A model generated the notes under the pieces. It was not told the origin of the DNA. It ran no database searches and worked only from the letters and a program-made list of their open reading frames with translations. Below are positions 24,377 to 36,562 of a stretch of 64,000 nucleotides of DNA, one piece after another (the first letter of the stretch is position 1; each line of letters opens with the position of its first letter). Made by a program: the position numbers and the translations under genes. The stretch is from an uncultured bacterium (GTDB lineage Bacteria > Babelota > Babeliae > Babelales > Babelaceae), in assembly GCA_963717435.1 (NCBI GenBank), contig OY970332.1:704001-768000 (forward strand), read 5' to 3'.

Positions 24377-24449
24377 TTGAAAAATAGAGAATGTACTGAT
24401 GAGCATTTAATAGGTTGAAAATAGTTTTTGAAAATACACAAGGAGCAGC

Positions 24450-27400
24450 TTGATGTCTAGCCTGCGTACGAGCAAGGAAGTTATTCGCAGATCTTTTGCT
24501 AAGATCAAAGACATAGTTCCGGTTCCTAATTTGATTGCGATACAATCCAGATCATTTAATGAGTTTGCTCAGTTGGATTATTTACCTTCTGAACGCAAAC
24601 TTATGGGATTGGAAAAAGTTTTTAGAGATGTTTTTCCTATAGAATATAGTGACAAGATGTCACTTGAGTATGTTAGCTATGAGCTGGGTAATTGGGCATG
24701 TACTTGTGGTAAGCTTACTGGTATTTCTAATCGTTATACTTGGAACTGTTCTTCGTGTAAGAAATCCGATTGTTCTGCCTTAGATGCCAATCTCACATGT
24801 ACATTCTGTAAAAAACATTCAGCAAGATACAAATCTTGCTCAAACTGTCTATCCAGAGTCACAATTCAGTTGCCTATGACCCTAGACGAATCTAGGTCTA
24901 GTGGCCAAACATTTTCTATGCCACTTAAGGGTTAAGATGCAGCTAATCACCTGGGACGTTGATGACTCTGGTAACAAACTTATCAGAGATGTAAAAGAAC
25001 AAGATATATTCTTTGCTGATGTTCCTGTTATGGCAGATCTTTATGAAGATTCTGATGGAGAATTTAGTTAGGTAATCTTGGTACATTTGTTATCAATGGT
25101 GTGGATCGTGTAATTGTTAGCCAGTTGCATCGTTCACCTGGCGCAGTATTTAGTCAAAGTAAAAAAGTTAGAGATTTAAGAGGCAAGCCTTATTACATAG
25201 CAAGAATTATACCTATGCGAGGTTCTTGGCTTGATTTTGAATTTGATAGCAACGATATTTTATACGTAAGAATCGATAAGAAAAAGAAACTTTTAGTAAC
25301 AACTTTCTTGCAAGCATTGGGGGTTGAAAGGGAAAAGATTATTTCTTTATTTTATAGATTCGACAAGATCTATTCCGATGATGGCGAGTTTTACCAAAAA
25401 CTAGATGACTCGCTTCTTGGACTGAGAATCGAACGCGGCATGATTGATCACAAAGAAGAAGATCAATTTGTTGGAAAACGTATTACCAAAGATATTATCG
25501 CTAAGCTTTCAAAACTTGGAATCAAAAATTTAATTTCAAGAAAATCAGCTTTAATTAATAGAGTTTTTGGTGAAGATGTTGTTTTGCCTAAAACTGGCGA
25601 AATTATTGCCGACCAAGGGCAAGCATTTACTGAAGAGCACTATGAAATATTCAAAAAACATGGAAAATTAGAGTTCTCATTTAATCGCGTCTTCTGGATA
25701 TGTTCTTCAACCGACTATTCCATTAACTCTTACTCAAGATAAGTGCCACACTGAAGAGGACGCACTGCGCGAAATTCATAATAAGATTTGGCCAGGCGAT
25801 AGTGCCTCTATGAAAGAAATCAAAGAACGCCTTGAAGCTAGCTTGTTTAACCCGCGTCTTTATGATCTAACAAAAGTTGGACGTATACGTATCAACAGAA
25901 AGCTTAATTTAAGCATACCTGAAGATGTAATTACACTAACTCGCGAAGATATTTTTGCTACTATTAAATATTTAGTAAATCTTAGAGAGCGTGGCGAAGG
26001 TGAACTTGATGACATAGATCATCTTGGTAACAGAAGAGTTAGATTAGTTGGTGAACTTTTAAATAACCAAGTTTATGTAGGTCTTTTAAGAGTTGAACGT
26101 ATTGTAAAAGAAAGATTTAGAATTCAAGAATCCCATGGCACATTAATGCCTCAAGATTTCTTAAATGTTAAGTCACTTAATGCAGTAATTAAAGAATTTT
26201 TTGGTACAGGCCAACTTTCTCAGTTTATGGACCAAACAAATCCGTTAGCTGAAATAGCTCATAAACGACGTCTTTCAGCCCTCGGGCCCGGCGGCGTAAT
26301 TAAAGACAGAGCCACATACGAAGTTCGTGACGTTCATACTTCCCACTACGGAAGAATTTGTCCGATCGAAACACCAGAAGGTCAAACAGTTGGTCTTATT
26401 TCTTCCCTTGGTACATATGCCATGGTTAACGAACTAGGATTTATTGAAACTGCATACAGACCAGTTAAGAATGGCAAAGTTCTTGATGACGTTGTTTTCT
26501 TAGATGCATTTGAAGAAGCAAATAGTTATATTGCTCAAGTCAGATTTTGCAGAAGAAAAAAACAAAAATAAAAACGAAGATAATCTTGTTTTTGCAAGAC
26601 ATGACGGAAACTTCATGTATGTTGATCCAAGTAAAATCAACTACGTAGATTTATCTCCAAAACAGTTAGTTTCTGTTGCTACAGCTCTTATCCCGTTCTT
26701 AGAGCACGACGACGCATCACGTGCACTTATGGGTGCAAACATGCAACGTCAGGCTGTTCCATTAATTCGTATGCAACAAGCACTTGTTGGTACAGGTATG
26801 GAAAACGAGATAGCTATGGCTTCCGGTGCTACGCTTGTTGCAAAGCATTCTGGTACTGTTGAGTATGTTTCATCTGAAAAAATTATTATCAGAGTTGACG
26901 AATCAGAATTTAGAAACGAAGAAGACTGGATCTTCCAGGGTGTTGATATTTATCACTTAAGAAAATTTCAACGTTCAAGTTATAGTACTTGGATTCACCA
27001 GACTCCTGCTGTCCAAGTTGGAGACAAAGTCAAAGCTGGTGATTTAATTAGTAACGGATCTTCTGTATATAAGGGCGAACTTGCCCTAGGTTCTAACTTG
27101 CTTGTTGCATTTATGCCATGGCACGGTTACAACTTTGAAGATGCTATTGTAATTAGCGAAAGATTGGTCTCTGACGATGTTATGTCATCTGTTCACATAG
27201 ACGAATACGTAGCTGATGCAAGAGATACTAAACTTGGGCCTGAAGAAATCACACGAGATATCCCTAATGTTTCTGAAGTTGCTTTAGCGGGTCTTGATGA
27301 AGACGGTATAGTAAAAATCGGAACAAGGGTTCGTCCTGGTGATATTCTTGTAGGAAAAGTTACCCTAAAAGGGGATATTCAATACTCTCCTGAAGAAAAA

Positions 27401-28789
27401 CTACTAAGAGCAATTTTTGGTGAAAAATCTCGCGAAGTGCGCGACACGTCGTTGAGGGTACCACCTGGGGTTGAAGGTACAGTTATCGATGTTAAGATCT
27501 TCTCAAGAAGCGGTATTCGTAAAGATAAACGCTACAAAGAAGTAGTAACAAACGAAACTCGTAAAATAGAAGACGACTTCAAAATGCACGCTGACTGTCT
27601 TGCTAATATGATAAAATCTAAAGTAGCAGAATATTTGGACGGTCAAAAAGCTGCAGGAAAAGTATCTAAAGAAATCTTAACCAAAGATTTATTAGATAAG
27701 TCTAAAATTGTTGCTCAACTTTCAGCTGAAGAAGTTTTAGCTATTAATATTTCTGACAAGAAAATTAAAGCTTTAATCGAAGAACTTAAAGTTGCTTACG
27801 ACAATCAATTAAGAATATTAACAGGCTTGAAAGAAGAAAGAATAGCCAAATTGAAAAAGGGCGATCCACTTCCTTCAGGCGTAATAAAAGTTGTTAAAGT
27901 TTATATAGCGATGAAGCGTCCTGTTTCTGTAGGTGACAAACTTGCGGGTCGACATGGTAATAAAGGTGTTGTTTCTATTATAGTTCCTAGAGAAGATATG
28001 CCATATCTTGATGACGGTACTCCAGTTGATATAGTACTTAATCCGCTTGGTGTTCCTTCCCGTATGAACGTGGGTCAGATTCTTGAAACTATTCTAGGCT
28101 TTGCCGGCAGAAAGCTGGGACAAAATCTAGCAGCTAAATTAGAAGAAGACAGCGTCAAAGAAATTAAGAAGCAACTTGAAAAATACTATGGCAAAGATCT
28201 TGTTGAAAGTTATGAAAAATCTTACGGAAAAGATGGCATAGAAGATCTTGCAAGAAAAACTGCAAAAATGGGAGTTATGTTTAAGACCCCTATTTTCGAC
28301 GGTGCTAACTTCGAAGCAGATATTCAGCCACTACTGGACGAAGCTAATATTTCGCGAACAGGATCATTCAAGATTCGTGACGGTAGAACCGGTGACTATT
28401 TTGATCAGCCTGTAACAGTTGGTTCGATTTATATGATGAAACTGAACCACATGGTTGATGATAAATTGCACGCTCGATCAGTCGGGCCTTACTCACTAGT
28501 TACGCAACAACCATTGGGCGGTAAAGCTCAACTTGGTGGTCAGCGTTTCGGTGAAATGGAAGTTTGGGCATTAGAAGCATATGGTGCCGCTAATGCACTT
28601 CAGGAAATGTTGACATACAAGTCTGATGACGTAGGCGGTAGACATAAAGTTTACGAAGCTATCGTTCATGGCGAAGATGTTCCAGAACCTGGACTACCAG
28701 AATCATTTAATGTATTGATAAAAGAACTTCAGAGTTTGAGTCTGTCCGTCGATTTATTCAAAGGCGGTAAGGAGGAAGTCGGTGAGTAA
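24450..28789 (+). CDS. rpoB: RNA polymerase beta subunit, split into four ORFs by frameshifts (~24930, ~25068, ~25680, ~26540)
   Basis: [52 protein letters not shown]. Confidence 0.97.
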
Positions 28790-31700
28790 TCGTTTACTGG
28801 AAAAATTTAGGGAGTATATAAATAGTTCTCAGTTTAATTCTATCAAACTTGGAATTTCTTCCCCTGAAAAGATTAAATCTTTGTCTTACGGCGAAGTTAA
28901 AAAGATTGAAACAATTAACTACAGAACTTTAAAGCCTGAGCGTGATGGTCTGTTCTGTGCTAGAATTTTCGGTCCTGTAAAAGACTGGGAATGTAACTGC
29001 GGTAAATATAAACGCATGAAGCACAGAGGTATAACTTGCGAAAAGTGCGGAGTTGAAGTAATTCAATCTCGTGTTAGACGCGAAAGAATGGGACATATAG
29101 AACTTGTCGCGCCTGTGTGCCATATTTGGTATCTAAAGGGCATGCCGAGCTATTTGGGACTTATTCTTGATATGCCAGTTAAAGATATAGATAGAGTTGT
29201 TTATTTTGATGCTTACATGGTAGTTCATCAGGGTAAATCGCCTTATCCAAGAAAAACTCTTTTAACTAACGCAGAATACGAAGCGTACCAAGACGCACAT
29301 CCTGAGGATGACGACTTCTTTGCAGAAACTGGCGCTGAAGCAGTAAGACAAGTTTTAAAACTAATCGATCTTCAAGCTGAAATTTCAAAGCTTGAACTTG
29401 AATATCTAAAAACAACTTCTGTTGCTTTAAAGCCAAAAATAATGCGAAGAATAAAAGTATTATCCGGCTTGATGCATTCTAAGACTCGTCCTGAATGGAT
29501 GATCATGACAGTTCTTCCGGTGCTACCACCAGATTTGAGACCATTGGTCCCATTAGAAGGTGGACGCTTTGCAAGTTCAGACTTAAACGAACTTTATAGA
29601 AGAGTTTTAAATAGAAATATAAGACTACAAAGACTTAACGAAATAGCTGCTCCAGACGTTATTATTAAAAACGAAAAGCGTATGCTACAAGAATCTGTAG
29701 ATGCACTTATCGATAATGGACGTCGTGGTCAGCCGGTTCGCGGTTCAAACAGACGAGCATTAAAGTCTCTTAGTGAAATGTTGCGTGGTAAGCAGGGTAG
29801 ATTTAGACAGAATCTTCTTGGTAAACGTGTAGACTATTCTGGTAGATCTGTGATCGTTGTTGATCCAGAACTTAAGATAGATCAATGCGGACTACCAAAA
29901 ATTATGGCTCTAGAGCTATTTAAATCACACGTGTTTGCAAGCTTATTAGAGCGTGAAATTGCGCCTAACTTGCGTGTAGCAAAACGTATGGTTCAAGAAG
30001 CTTCGCCAGAAGTTTGGGACGTACTAGAAAATGTCGTTAAAGATCATCCTGTACTATTAAACCGTGCGCCTACTTTACATAGACTTGGTATTCAGTCTTT
30101 TTATCCGATACTTGTTGATGGAAAAGCTATAAAAATACATCCGTTAGTTTGTCATGCGTATAACGCTGACTTTGACGGTGACCAGATGGCGGTTCATATT
30201 CCGTTGAGCAAAAAAGCTCAGTTGGAAGCAAAGAATCTTATGCTTTCTGTCAAAAATATTCTTTCTCCTGCCCACGGTCGCCCTGTGACCGTTCCTGCAC
30301 AGGACATGGTTCTGGGTTTGCACTATATAACAAAAATTCGTGCAAACGTTTTGGGCGAGGGAATAGTTTTCTCAAGTACAGAAGAAGTTGTAACCGCTTA
30401 CCAGTTCAAGCAAGTTGATTTGCATGCTCGTATTAAGTTGCGTATAGATAGCACCAAAATTATCGAAACAACAGTTGGCCGAGTTATACTATTTGAAGCG
30501 CTTCCTAAGGGCTCAGATTTTAATTGGATCAACAAAGTTTTGACCAAGGGCGATATTGTCAAGATGATCGAAAAAGTGTACTACCGCTTTGGTTCAGAAT
30601 CGACAGTAAAGTGCCTTGATAAGATAAAAAAACTGGGCTTCTATTATTCAACAATAGGGGGCATATCGTTCTCTATAAGCAACTTAATTGTTCCTGATAA
30701 AAAAGATTCTATTATAAAGAAATCTGAACAAGATGTTCTAAAAATCGAGCAGTTATATATGGACGGTGTCATAACTGACGGTGAAAGATATAATAAAATA
30801 CTAAGTATATGGAACCATGCTACTTCTGACATAGCAGCACAGATGGCCAAAGAGCTTGAAAAAGAAGACAGATCTTCTTTTGATAATCTTGATGGGAAGT
30901 CCAAACCATTTAATCCGATATTTATGATGTTGGAATCTGGAGCTAGAGGTTCTAGAGATCAGATTAAGCAGCTTGTTGGTATGAGAGGGTTAATGGCAAA
31001 ACCTTCTGGTGAGATTATGGAAACTCCGGTTAAAAATAATTTCAAAGATGGGTTAAGCGTATTTGAATATTTCATATCCACACACGGAGCTAGAAAGGGT
31101 CAAGCCGATACAGCTCTAAAAACTGCACAATCTGGTTATCTAACAAGAAAACTTGTTGACGTTGCTCAAGACGTAGTAATTACGATGCAAGACTGCAAAA
31201 CTTTAGGTTATGTAGAAATAGAAGATTTACAAGAAGCTGGTGATGTATTATATCCATTGGCAAATAGAGCATTTGGTAGAGTTCTTTCAGAAGATGTTAA
31301 AGATCCTATCACCGGTCAGCTTCTCTTTAAACAAAACGACGTTATAAGACGTGACGATATCGACAAACTAAGTAATTCTGCTGTTTCGAAGCTTCAAGTG
31401 CGATCAGTTCTAACATGCTTGGCAAAGCGCGGAGTCTGTTCAAACTGTTACGGCATGGATCTTTCTAAGAGTGATTTAGCAGAGACCGGAGCAACAGTTG
31501 GTATTATCGCTGCTCAGTCTATTGGTGAACCAGGTACTCAGCTTACTATGAGAACCTTCCACGTTGGGGGTACCGCTAGTTTAGTAGAGCAGTCTTTCTT
31601 CGTTGCAAAATATCCTGGTATTGTTCAGTTCCGTGGGATCCGTACGGTAAAAAACAAAGACAACCAATCTGTAGTTCTTACAAGAAAAGCAAAATTGGCG

Positions 31701-32846
31701 ATCTTGTCACCGGACGGCCGCGAACTTCAAAAGCACGATATTGAATACGGGTCGATATTATTCGTTGAAGATGGTCAAGAAGTTAAAGTTGGCACAAAGC
31801 TTGCAGATTGGGATTTAAATAACAAAGTTATTTTGACCGAATACTCCGGCCAAGTTAAATTTGTGGATCTTGTTGAAAACGTAACGGTTCAAGATTACTT
31901 TGATGAAGCGACAAATCGTTCAAGCAAAATAGTTCTTGAACATAAATCTGACAAGTACCAACCTGGATTAAGTATATTAGATTCAGCCGGTAACGAAGTT
32001 GCGCAATATTACTTGCCATCAGGTTCGTATATTGTCGTTAACGAAGATCAAAAAGTAAAAGTCGGCGACATTTTGGTTAAAATACCTCGTGAAGCATCCC
32101 GTACAAAAGATATCACCGGGGGTCTTCCAAGAATTTCTGAGCTATTCGAAGCTCGTATTCCTAAAGATCCTGCAATTATAGCGGATATAGACGGTGAAAT
32201 AGTGTTTGGCGGAATTCATCGTGGTTTGAGAAAAATCAGCGTCGTAAATGGCGATGAAAGCTACGACTACTTTATTCCACGTGGTAAACAGCTGAACGTT
32301 ATGAACAACGACAAAGTTAGTGCGGGCGATCGTCTAACTTCAGGTTCTCCTGTACTTTCTGATATACTAAGAATTATGGGGCCAGATGTTCTACAGAAAT
32401 ATCTTGTTAACCAGATTCAGCAAATTTACAGATTACAGGGTGTTGATATAAACGACAGACATATCGAACTTATAGTAAGACAGATGTTGAGAAAAGTTCG
32501 TGTTGTTGATCCGGGTGAATCAGATTTCTTAATCGGTGATAGAGTTGATAAGATTCATTTTAAGATGGTAAACGCAGCGTTGCAAGCAGAGAACAAAAAA
32601 GTTGCTGTTGCAAGACCTGTATTAATGGGTATCACGTTGTCATCACTTGGCACAGAGAGCTTTATATCAGCTGCATCGTTCCAAGAGACAACCCGTATAT
32701 TGGCTGAAGCTGCTATATCAGGATCTATTGACTATCTATATGGATTGAAGGAAAATGTTGTTATAGGTAAATTAATTCCTGCGGGAACGGGCGTTAAGTC
32801 TTTCCGCAAGAAGTATATATCTGGCGCCACACAGCAAGAAGAATAA
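28782..32846 (+). CDS. rpoC: RNA polymerase beta' subunit
   Basis: NADFDGDQM catalytic motif, Zn finger, [13 protein letters not shown]. Confidence 0.99.
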   Translation: MSNRLLEKFREYINSSQFNSIKLGISSPEKIKSLSYGEVKKIETINYRTLKPERDGLFCARIFGPVKDWECNCGKYKRMKHRGITCEKCGVEVIQSRVRRERMGHIELVAPVCHIWYLKGMPSYLGLILDMPVKDIDRVVYFDAYMVVHQGKSPYPRKTLLTNAEYEAYQDAHPEDDDFFAETGAEAVRQVLKLIDLQAEISKLELEYLKTTSVALKPKIMRRIKVLSGLMHSKTRPEWMIMTVLPVLPPDLRPLVPLEGGRFASSDLNELYRRVLNRNIRLQRLNEIAAPDVIIKNEKRMLQESVDALIDNGRRGQPVRGSNRRALKSLSEMLRGKQGRFRQNLLGKRVDYSGRSVIVVDPELKIDQCGLPKIMALELFKSHVFASLLEREIAPNLRVAKRMVQEASPEVWDVLENVVKDHPVLLNRAPTLHRLGIQSFYPILVDGKAIKIHPLVCHAYNADFDGDQMAVHIPLSKKAQLEAKNLMLSVKNILSPAHGRPVTVPAQDMVLGLHYITKIRANVLGEGIVFSSTEEVVTAYQFKQVDLHARIKLRIDSTKIIETTVGRVILFEALPKGSDFNWINKVLTKGDIVKMIEKVYYRFGSESTVKCLDKIKKLGFYYSTIGGISFSISNLIVPDKKDSIIKKSEQDVLKIEQLYMDGVITDGERYNKILSIWNHATSDIAAQMAKELEKEDRSSFDNLDGKSKPFNPIFMMLESGARGSRDQIKQLVGMRGLMAKPSGEIMETPVKNNFKDGLSVFEYFISTHGARKGQADTALKTAQSGYLTRKLVDVAQDVVITMQDCKTLGYVEIEDLQEAGDVLYPLANRAFGRVLSEDVKDPITGQLLFKQNDVIRRDDIDKLSNSAVSKLQVRSVLTCLAKRGVCSNCYGMDLSKSDLAETGATVGIIAAQSIGEPGTQLTMRTFHVGGTASLVEQSFFVAKYPGIVQFRGIRTVKNKDNQSVVLTRKAKLAILSPDGRELQKHDIEYGSILFVEDGQEVKVGTKLADWDLNNKVILTEYSGQVKFVDLVENVTVQDYFDEATNRSSKIVLEHKSDKYQPGLSILDSAGNEVAQYYLPSGSYIVVNEDQKVKVGDILVKIPREASRTKDITGGLPRISELFEARIPKDPAIIADIDGEIVFGGIHRGLRKISVVNGDESYDYFIPRGKQLNVMNNDKVSAGDRLTSGSPVLSDILRIMGPDVLQKYLVNQIQQIYRLQGVDINDRHIELIVRQMLRKVRVVDPGESDFLIGDRVDKIHFKMVNAALQAENKKVAVARPVLMGITLSSLGTESFISAASFQETTRILAEAAISGSIDYLYGLKENVVIGKLIPAGTGVKSFRKKYISGATQQEE

Positions 32847-32854
32847 AGCATGAT

Positions 32855-32929
32855 AGGCGCGTAGCTCAGTGGTAGAGCATTGCTTTGACGTAGCAAGGGT
32901 CAGCGGTTCAATCCCGCTCGCGCCTACCA
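32855..32929 (+). tRNA. tRNA-Val(GAC)
   Basis: AGGCGCG/CGCGCCT acceptor, TTGCT-TTGACGT-AGCAA, CCA. Confidence 0.93.
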
Positions 32930-33019
32930 AGTTAAGTTTAGCTTTTTGTTATTTAGAAGTTATAATTATTAATATTATATTTAGTTACTATTTTTATAGT
33001 TATCTTTTTGGAGTTTTTA

Positions 33020-33268
33020 ATGTCAAAGATCGCAGAAAAATTTAAGTTGAGTCCTAATGACACAGGATCTGTTGAAGTTCAGGTCGCTAATATGACCGAG
33101 AGAATAGAATTACTTACGGCCCATTTGAAAAATAATAAGAAAGACCACAGCACGCAAAGAGGTTTGATGCGTCTTGTTGGTATGCGCCGTAGTTTTCTTG
33201 ATTATTTGAAAAATAACAAGCGTCAGGTTTACGAAAAACTGATTCAAGAGCTTGATTTACGTAAGTAA
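33020..33268 (+). CDS. rpsO: 30S ribosomal protein S15
   Basis: DTGSVEVQVA, HLK.NKKDHSTQRGL; GGAG RBS before ATG 33020. Confidence 0.96.
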   Translation: MSKIAEKFKLSPNDTGSVEVQVANMTERIELLTAHLKNNKKDHSTQRGLMRLVGMRRSFLDYLKNNKRQVYEKLIQELDLRK

Positions 33269-33316
33269 TTCGTAATTATTATTATTAATTTTGTTTATTT
33301 ATTATAGGTTGCATAA

Positions 33317-35395
33317 ATGGTAAAAAAGTTTTACTTGCCGGAATTTGGTTACGAAGTAGTGTTAGGTAAGTTTGCTGATCAGGCAAATGGCGCTGCATGG
33401 TTTAGCCAAGGCGGCACAGTTGTTTTGTCCACAGCGGTATCAGCTCCTTCCAAAGATTTTCCGGGCTTTTTTCCATTAACTGTAGATTATAGAGAATTAT
33501 TCGCTGCAGCAGGAAAAATTCCTGGCGGATATTATAAGCGCGAAGGTAAGTTTAGCGATAAAGAGATTCTTACCGGAAGACTTATCGACAGAGCAATAAG
33601 ACCGCTTTTCCCTTCTAATTATTTTGATCAGGTTCAAATTCTTTCAACAGTATATTCAGTTGATAAAGAACATACCCCATATGTATTAGCACTTCTTGCA
33701 AGTTCTATAGCGCTGTGCACATCAGATATTCCATTAATAGAGCCAGTAGGCGCTGTTGAAGTTTGCAGGATAGATGGCTCTTGGGTGACATCTCCGACAT
33801 TTAGTCAGTCCCAAAAAGCTGACGCTAGTATCACAGTAGCTGGTACAGAAGACGGGATCTGTATGGTCGAGGGCTCCGCAAACGAAATCTCTGAATCAGA
33901 ATTTTTAGATGCGCTATTTATCGCCCACGAAAAAATCAAGCAGCAAGTTGCTTGGCAAAAAACTATAGTTAATGAACTTAAGGTTCAAAAACAAGAAATA
34001 GTGGATAAATTCGACTGGGAAGTTTGGACAGACAGAGCTCGCGCAATTTTAACTGATAGCGAAATAAAAAATTTCTGTAATAAATCAAATAAAGCAGAAC
34101 GCGGGCAAGTAACAACAGAATTAAAAAATAAATTTTTTGCCACATACGAAAAAGAATTCGCAGAGCTTGCAATATCTTCTACATACTTAGAATATGTTTT
34201 TGATGCGGCCCTTAAAGAATCCCTTACAAATTATATTTTAAAAACAGGCAAGCGTGTTGATCAACGTAATTTCGATCAAGTTCGAAATATTACCACTGAA
34301 GTTGGTCTATTACCATTTAATCACGGCTCTGCTTTATTCCACCGTGGTGGAACTCAAGCACTAGTAAGTGTTACTTTGGGTGGCGGACAGGACGAACAAC
34401 GCGTTGAAGATTTGATGGGCGATGGTGTTGATAAAACATTTATGCTTCATTATAATTTCCCTGCATTCTCAGTCGGAGAAGTTAGACCAAATCGTGGGCC
34501 AGGACGTCGCGAAGTCGGTCACGGCTACTTGGCTGCTTCAGCTATAAAACAAGTTTTACCTGCCAAAGAAACATTCCCGTACACAATTCGTATAGTTGCC
34601 GATATTTTATCTTCTGATGGCTCAACCTCTATGGCAACAGTTTGCGGATCAACAATGGCTCTTATGCAAGCCGGTGTGCCTATCAGAAAGATGGTAAGCG
34701 GCGTGGCTATGGGTCTTCTTATGGGTGAAAATAATAAGTTCCAGGTTCTTACAGATATCTCAGGAATCGAAGATGCGTTCGGCATGATGGATTTCAAAGT
34801 TGCCGGTACCGATAAGGGTATAACTGCGATTCAGATGGACATCAAGTACAAGGGTGGTCTTGAACGAAGAGTATTTGAGCAAGCGTTAGGGCAAGCAAAA
34901 GACGGTAGACTGTTTATCTTGGGCAAGATGCGCGAAGTTATGACAGAGCCTAATAAAAAGCTTTCAGAACTTGTTCCTCAAGTGTTCACACTAAAAGTTC
35001 CTACGGATAAAATAGGCGCAATTATTGGTTCTCAGGGTAAAATTATAAAAGATATTATAGAAAAAACCGGAACCACTATCGACATAGAAGATGATGGTTC
35101 AGTTAAGATTTACGGACATCCGGGACCAAAAACTGATCAAGCTATATCTTGGGTTAAGTTATTGGGTGGATTAGTCGAACGTAATTCACGACACGTTGGT
35201 CGTATCAAGAGATTCGCTGACTTTGGAATATTTGTAGAGATAGCGCCGGGTCTTGATGGACTTGTTCATATCTCGTATATACCAAAAGACAAGCAACAAA
35301 CTTTTGCAAAGACTATGAAAATCGACGACCTTGTCAACGTAGAAGTTGTGGACTACGAAGAAGCGACCGGAAGAATTAGATTAAAACTTGTCTAA
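33317..35395 (+). CDS. pnp: Polyribonucleotide nucleotidyltransferase
   Basis: FFPLTVDYRE, GRREVGHG, DFKVAGT, KH and S1 domains. Confidence 0.98.
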   Translation: MVKKFYLPEFGYEVVLGKFADQANGAAWFSQGGTVVLSTAVSAPSKDFPGFFPLTVDYRELFAAAGKIPGGYYKREGKFSDKEILTGRLIDRAIRPLFPSNYFDQVQILSTVYSVDKEHTPYVLALLASSIALCTSDIPLIEPVGAVEVCRIDGSWVTSPTFSQSQKADASITVAGTEDGICMVEGSANEISESEFLDALFIAHEKIKQQVAWQKTIVNELKVQKQEIVDKFDWEVWTDRARAILTDSEIKNFCNKSNKAERGQVTTELKNKFFATYEKEFAELAISSTYLEYVFDAALKESLTNYILKTGKRVDQRNFDQVRNITTEVGLLPFNHGSALFHRGGTQALVSVTLGGGQDEQRVEDLMGDGVDKTFMLHYNFPAFSVGEVRPNRGPGRREVGHGYLAASAIKQVLPAKETFPYTIRIVADILSSDGSTSMATVCGSTMALMQAGVPIRKMVSGVAMGLLMGENNKFQVLTDISGIEDAFGMMDFKVAGTDKGITAIQMDIKYKGGLERRVFEQALGQAKDGRLFILGKMREVMTEPNKKLSELVPQVFTLKVPTDKIGAIIGSQGKIIKDIIEKTGTTIDIEDDGSVKIYGHPGPKTDQAISWVKLLGGLVERNSRHVGRIKRFADFGIFVEIAPGLDGLVHISYIPKDKQQTFAKTMKIDDLVNVEVVDYEEATGRIRLKLV

Positions 35396-35437
35396 TTAAA
35401 AATTTTTAAAAAATTTTTACGAGTTAAAATTTTATAT

Positions 35438-36229
35438 ATGATACAGCATACTAGGGCTAACAATAGGCGCAACGATGAGTTGCGCCCTCTTAAAGTTACA
35501 TACGACATATTGGCATATGCATCAGGTTCGGTTCTTTTTGAGATTGGAAGTACAAAAGTGCTTTGTGCTGTCACCCGTCAACAAGGGGTCCCCCATTTTC
35601 TTAGGGGCAAGAAATCTGGCTGGCTAACAGCAGAATATTCTTTGCTTCCTGCATCCACCCCATTACGTACAGTTAGAGATTCTACCTCATCAAAACGTAA
35701 CGGACGAACAATCGAAATTTCGAGATTAATAGGGCGCGCCTTAAGGTCTGTTGTTAAGTTAGATAAACTTGGCGAACAGACCATTTTTATTGACTGCGAC
35801 GTTTTACAAGCCGACGGCGGCACTCGTACAGCATCAATAACCGGCGCTTATTTAGCGCTACGCGCTGCTGTGTCAAATTGGCTGGCCCAAGGGATAATCA
35901 CAGAATCTATTTTATCTGATGAAATTTCTGCAGTCTCTGTTGGCATCAGTGGTGGAGAATCTCTTCTTGATATAGACTTTGCAGAAGATAGCACAATAGA
36001 CGCAGATTTTAACTACGTACTTACCCGTTCTGGGAAAATTATAGAAATTCAAGGCTCTGCTGAACGCTGCCCGGTTACATGGGCTCAGCATGACGACATG
36101 AAAAATATAGCTATTTCTGGCGTTAATACAATTTTTGAATTTTTCGACGAAAGCCCATATTTTTCAAAAGAATCAGAGACTATTAACAAATTTGAGTATA
36201 TAAGATCATACGAAAATCTTTTAGAATAA
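35438..36229 (+). CDS. rph: Ribonuclease PH
   Basis: GWLTAEYSLLP, EISRLIGRALR, DCDVLQADGGTRTASITG. Confidence 0.97.
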   Translation: MIQHTRANNRRNDELRPLKVTYDILAYASGSVLFEIGSTKVLCAVTRQQGVPHFLRGKKSGWLTAEYSLLPASTPLRTVRDSTSSKRNGRTIEISRLIGRALRSVVKLDKLGEQTIFIDCDVLQADGGTRTASITGAYLALRAAVSNWLAQGIITESILSDEISAVSVGISGGESLLDIDFAEDSTIDADFNYVLTRSGKIIEIQGSAERCPVTWAQHDDMKNIAISGVNTIFEFFDESPYFSKESETINKFEYIRSYENLLE

Positions 36230-36256
36230 AATTCTATAAAGTTTTATATTTATCTT

Positions 36257-36281
36257 AAGCGACTATTCCGGTCGCTTTTTC
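36257..36281 (+). terminator. Rho-independent terminator
   Basis: AAGCGAC-TATTCCG-GTCGCTTTTT. Confidence 0.75.
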
Positions 36282-36374
36282 TATTTAAATCACAGAATTT
36301 TCAAAATTTGTAAATTATATTATTAGGCTTAGAGTTTATTCGAAAATTCAAAAATTTACTTTAGAACCCATGAT

Positions 36375-36460
36375 AAATTAATTTTTTACCCGCTCGTGGT
36401 GAGTGTTTTTCGTAGCTCGAAGAGCGTAGAAAAATGTATCGAACCATAAAAAATTAATTT
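36375..36460 (+). repeat. Composite palindromic REP-like element (long form), intergenic, bracketed by perfect 14-bp inverted repeat
   Basis: CCCGCTCGTGGTGAGTGTTTTTCGTAGCTCGAAGAGCGTAGAAAAATGTATCGAACC; homologs at 45848-45907 and 51904-51955; flanks AAATTAATTTTTTA / TAAAAAATTAATTT. Confidence 0.85.
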
Positions 36461-36562
36461 TAGGGTAAGCTCTTGTTTTTGTGTTAAAATAATTATGCAA
36501 AAAAAATTAACACCGTTTTTTAATTAACTTTAAAAAATAAAAATATAAAAATCTGGAACTAT

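Noticed and set aside
21218-26560. Calling rpmG-rpoB pseudogenes or programmed frameshifts
   Set aside because: Genes are essential, the protein sequence is otherwise conserved, and indels are clustered with no shared slippery motif; assembly error is more parsimonious
36375-36460. Palindromic repeats as CRISPR array or IS ends
   Set aside because: Copies are dispersed, there is no repeat-spacer periodicity, and no cas or transposase gene occurs in the window
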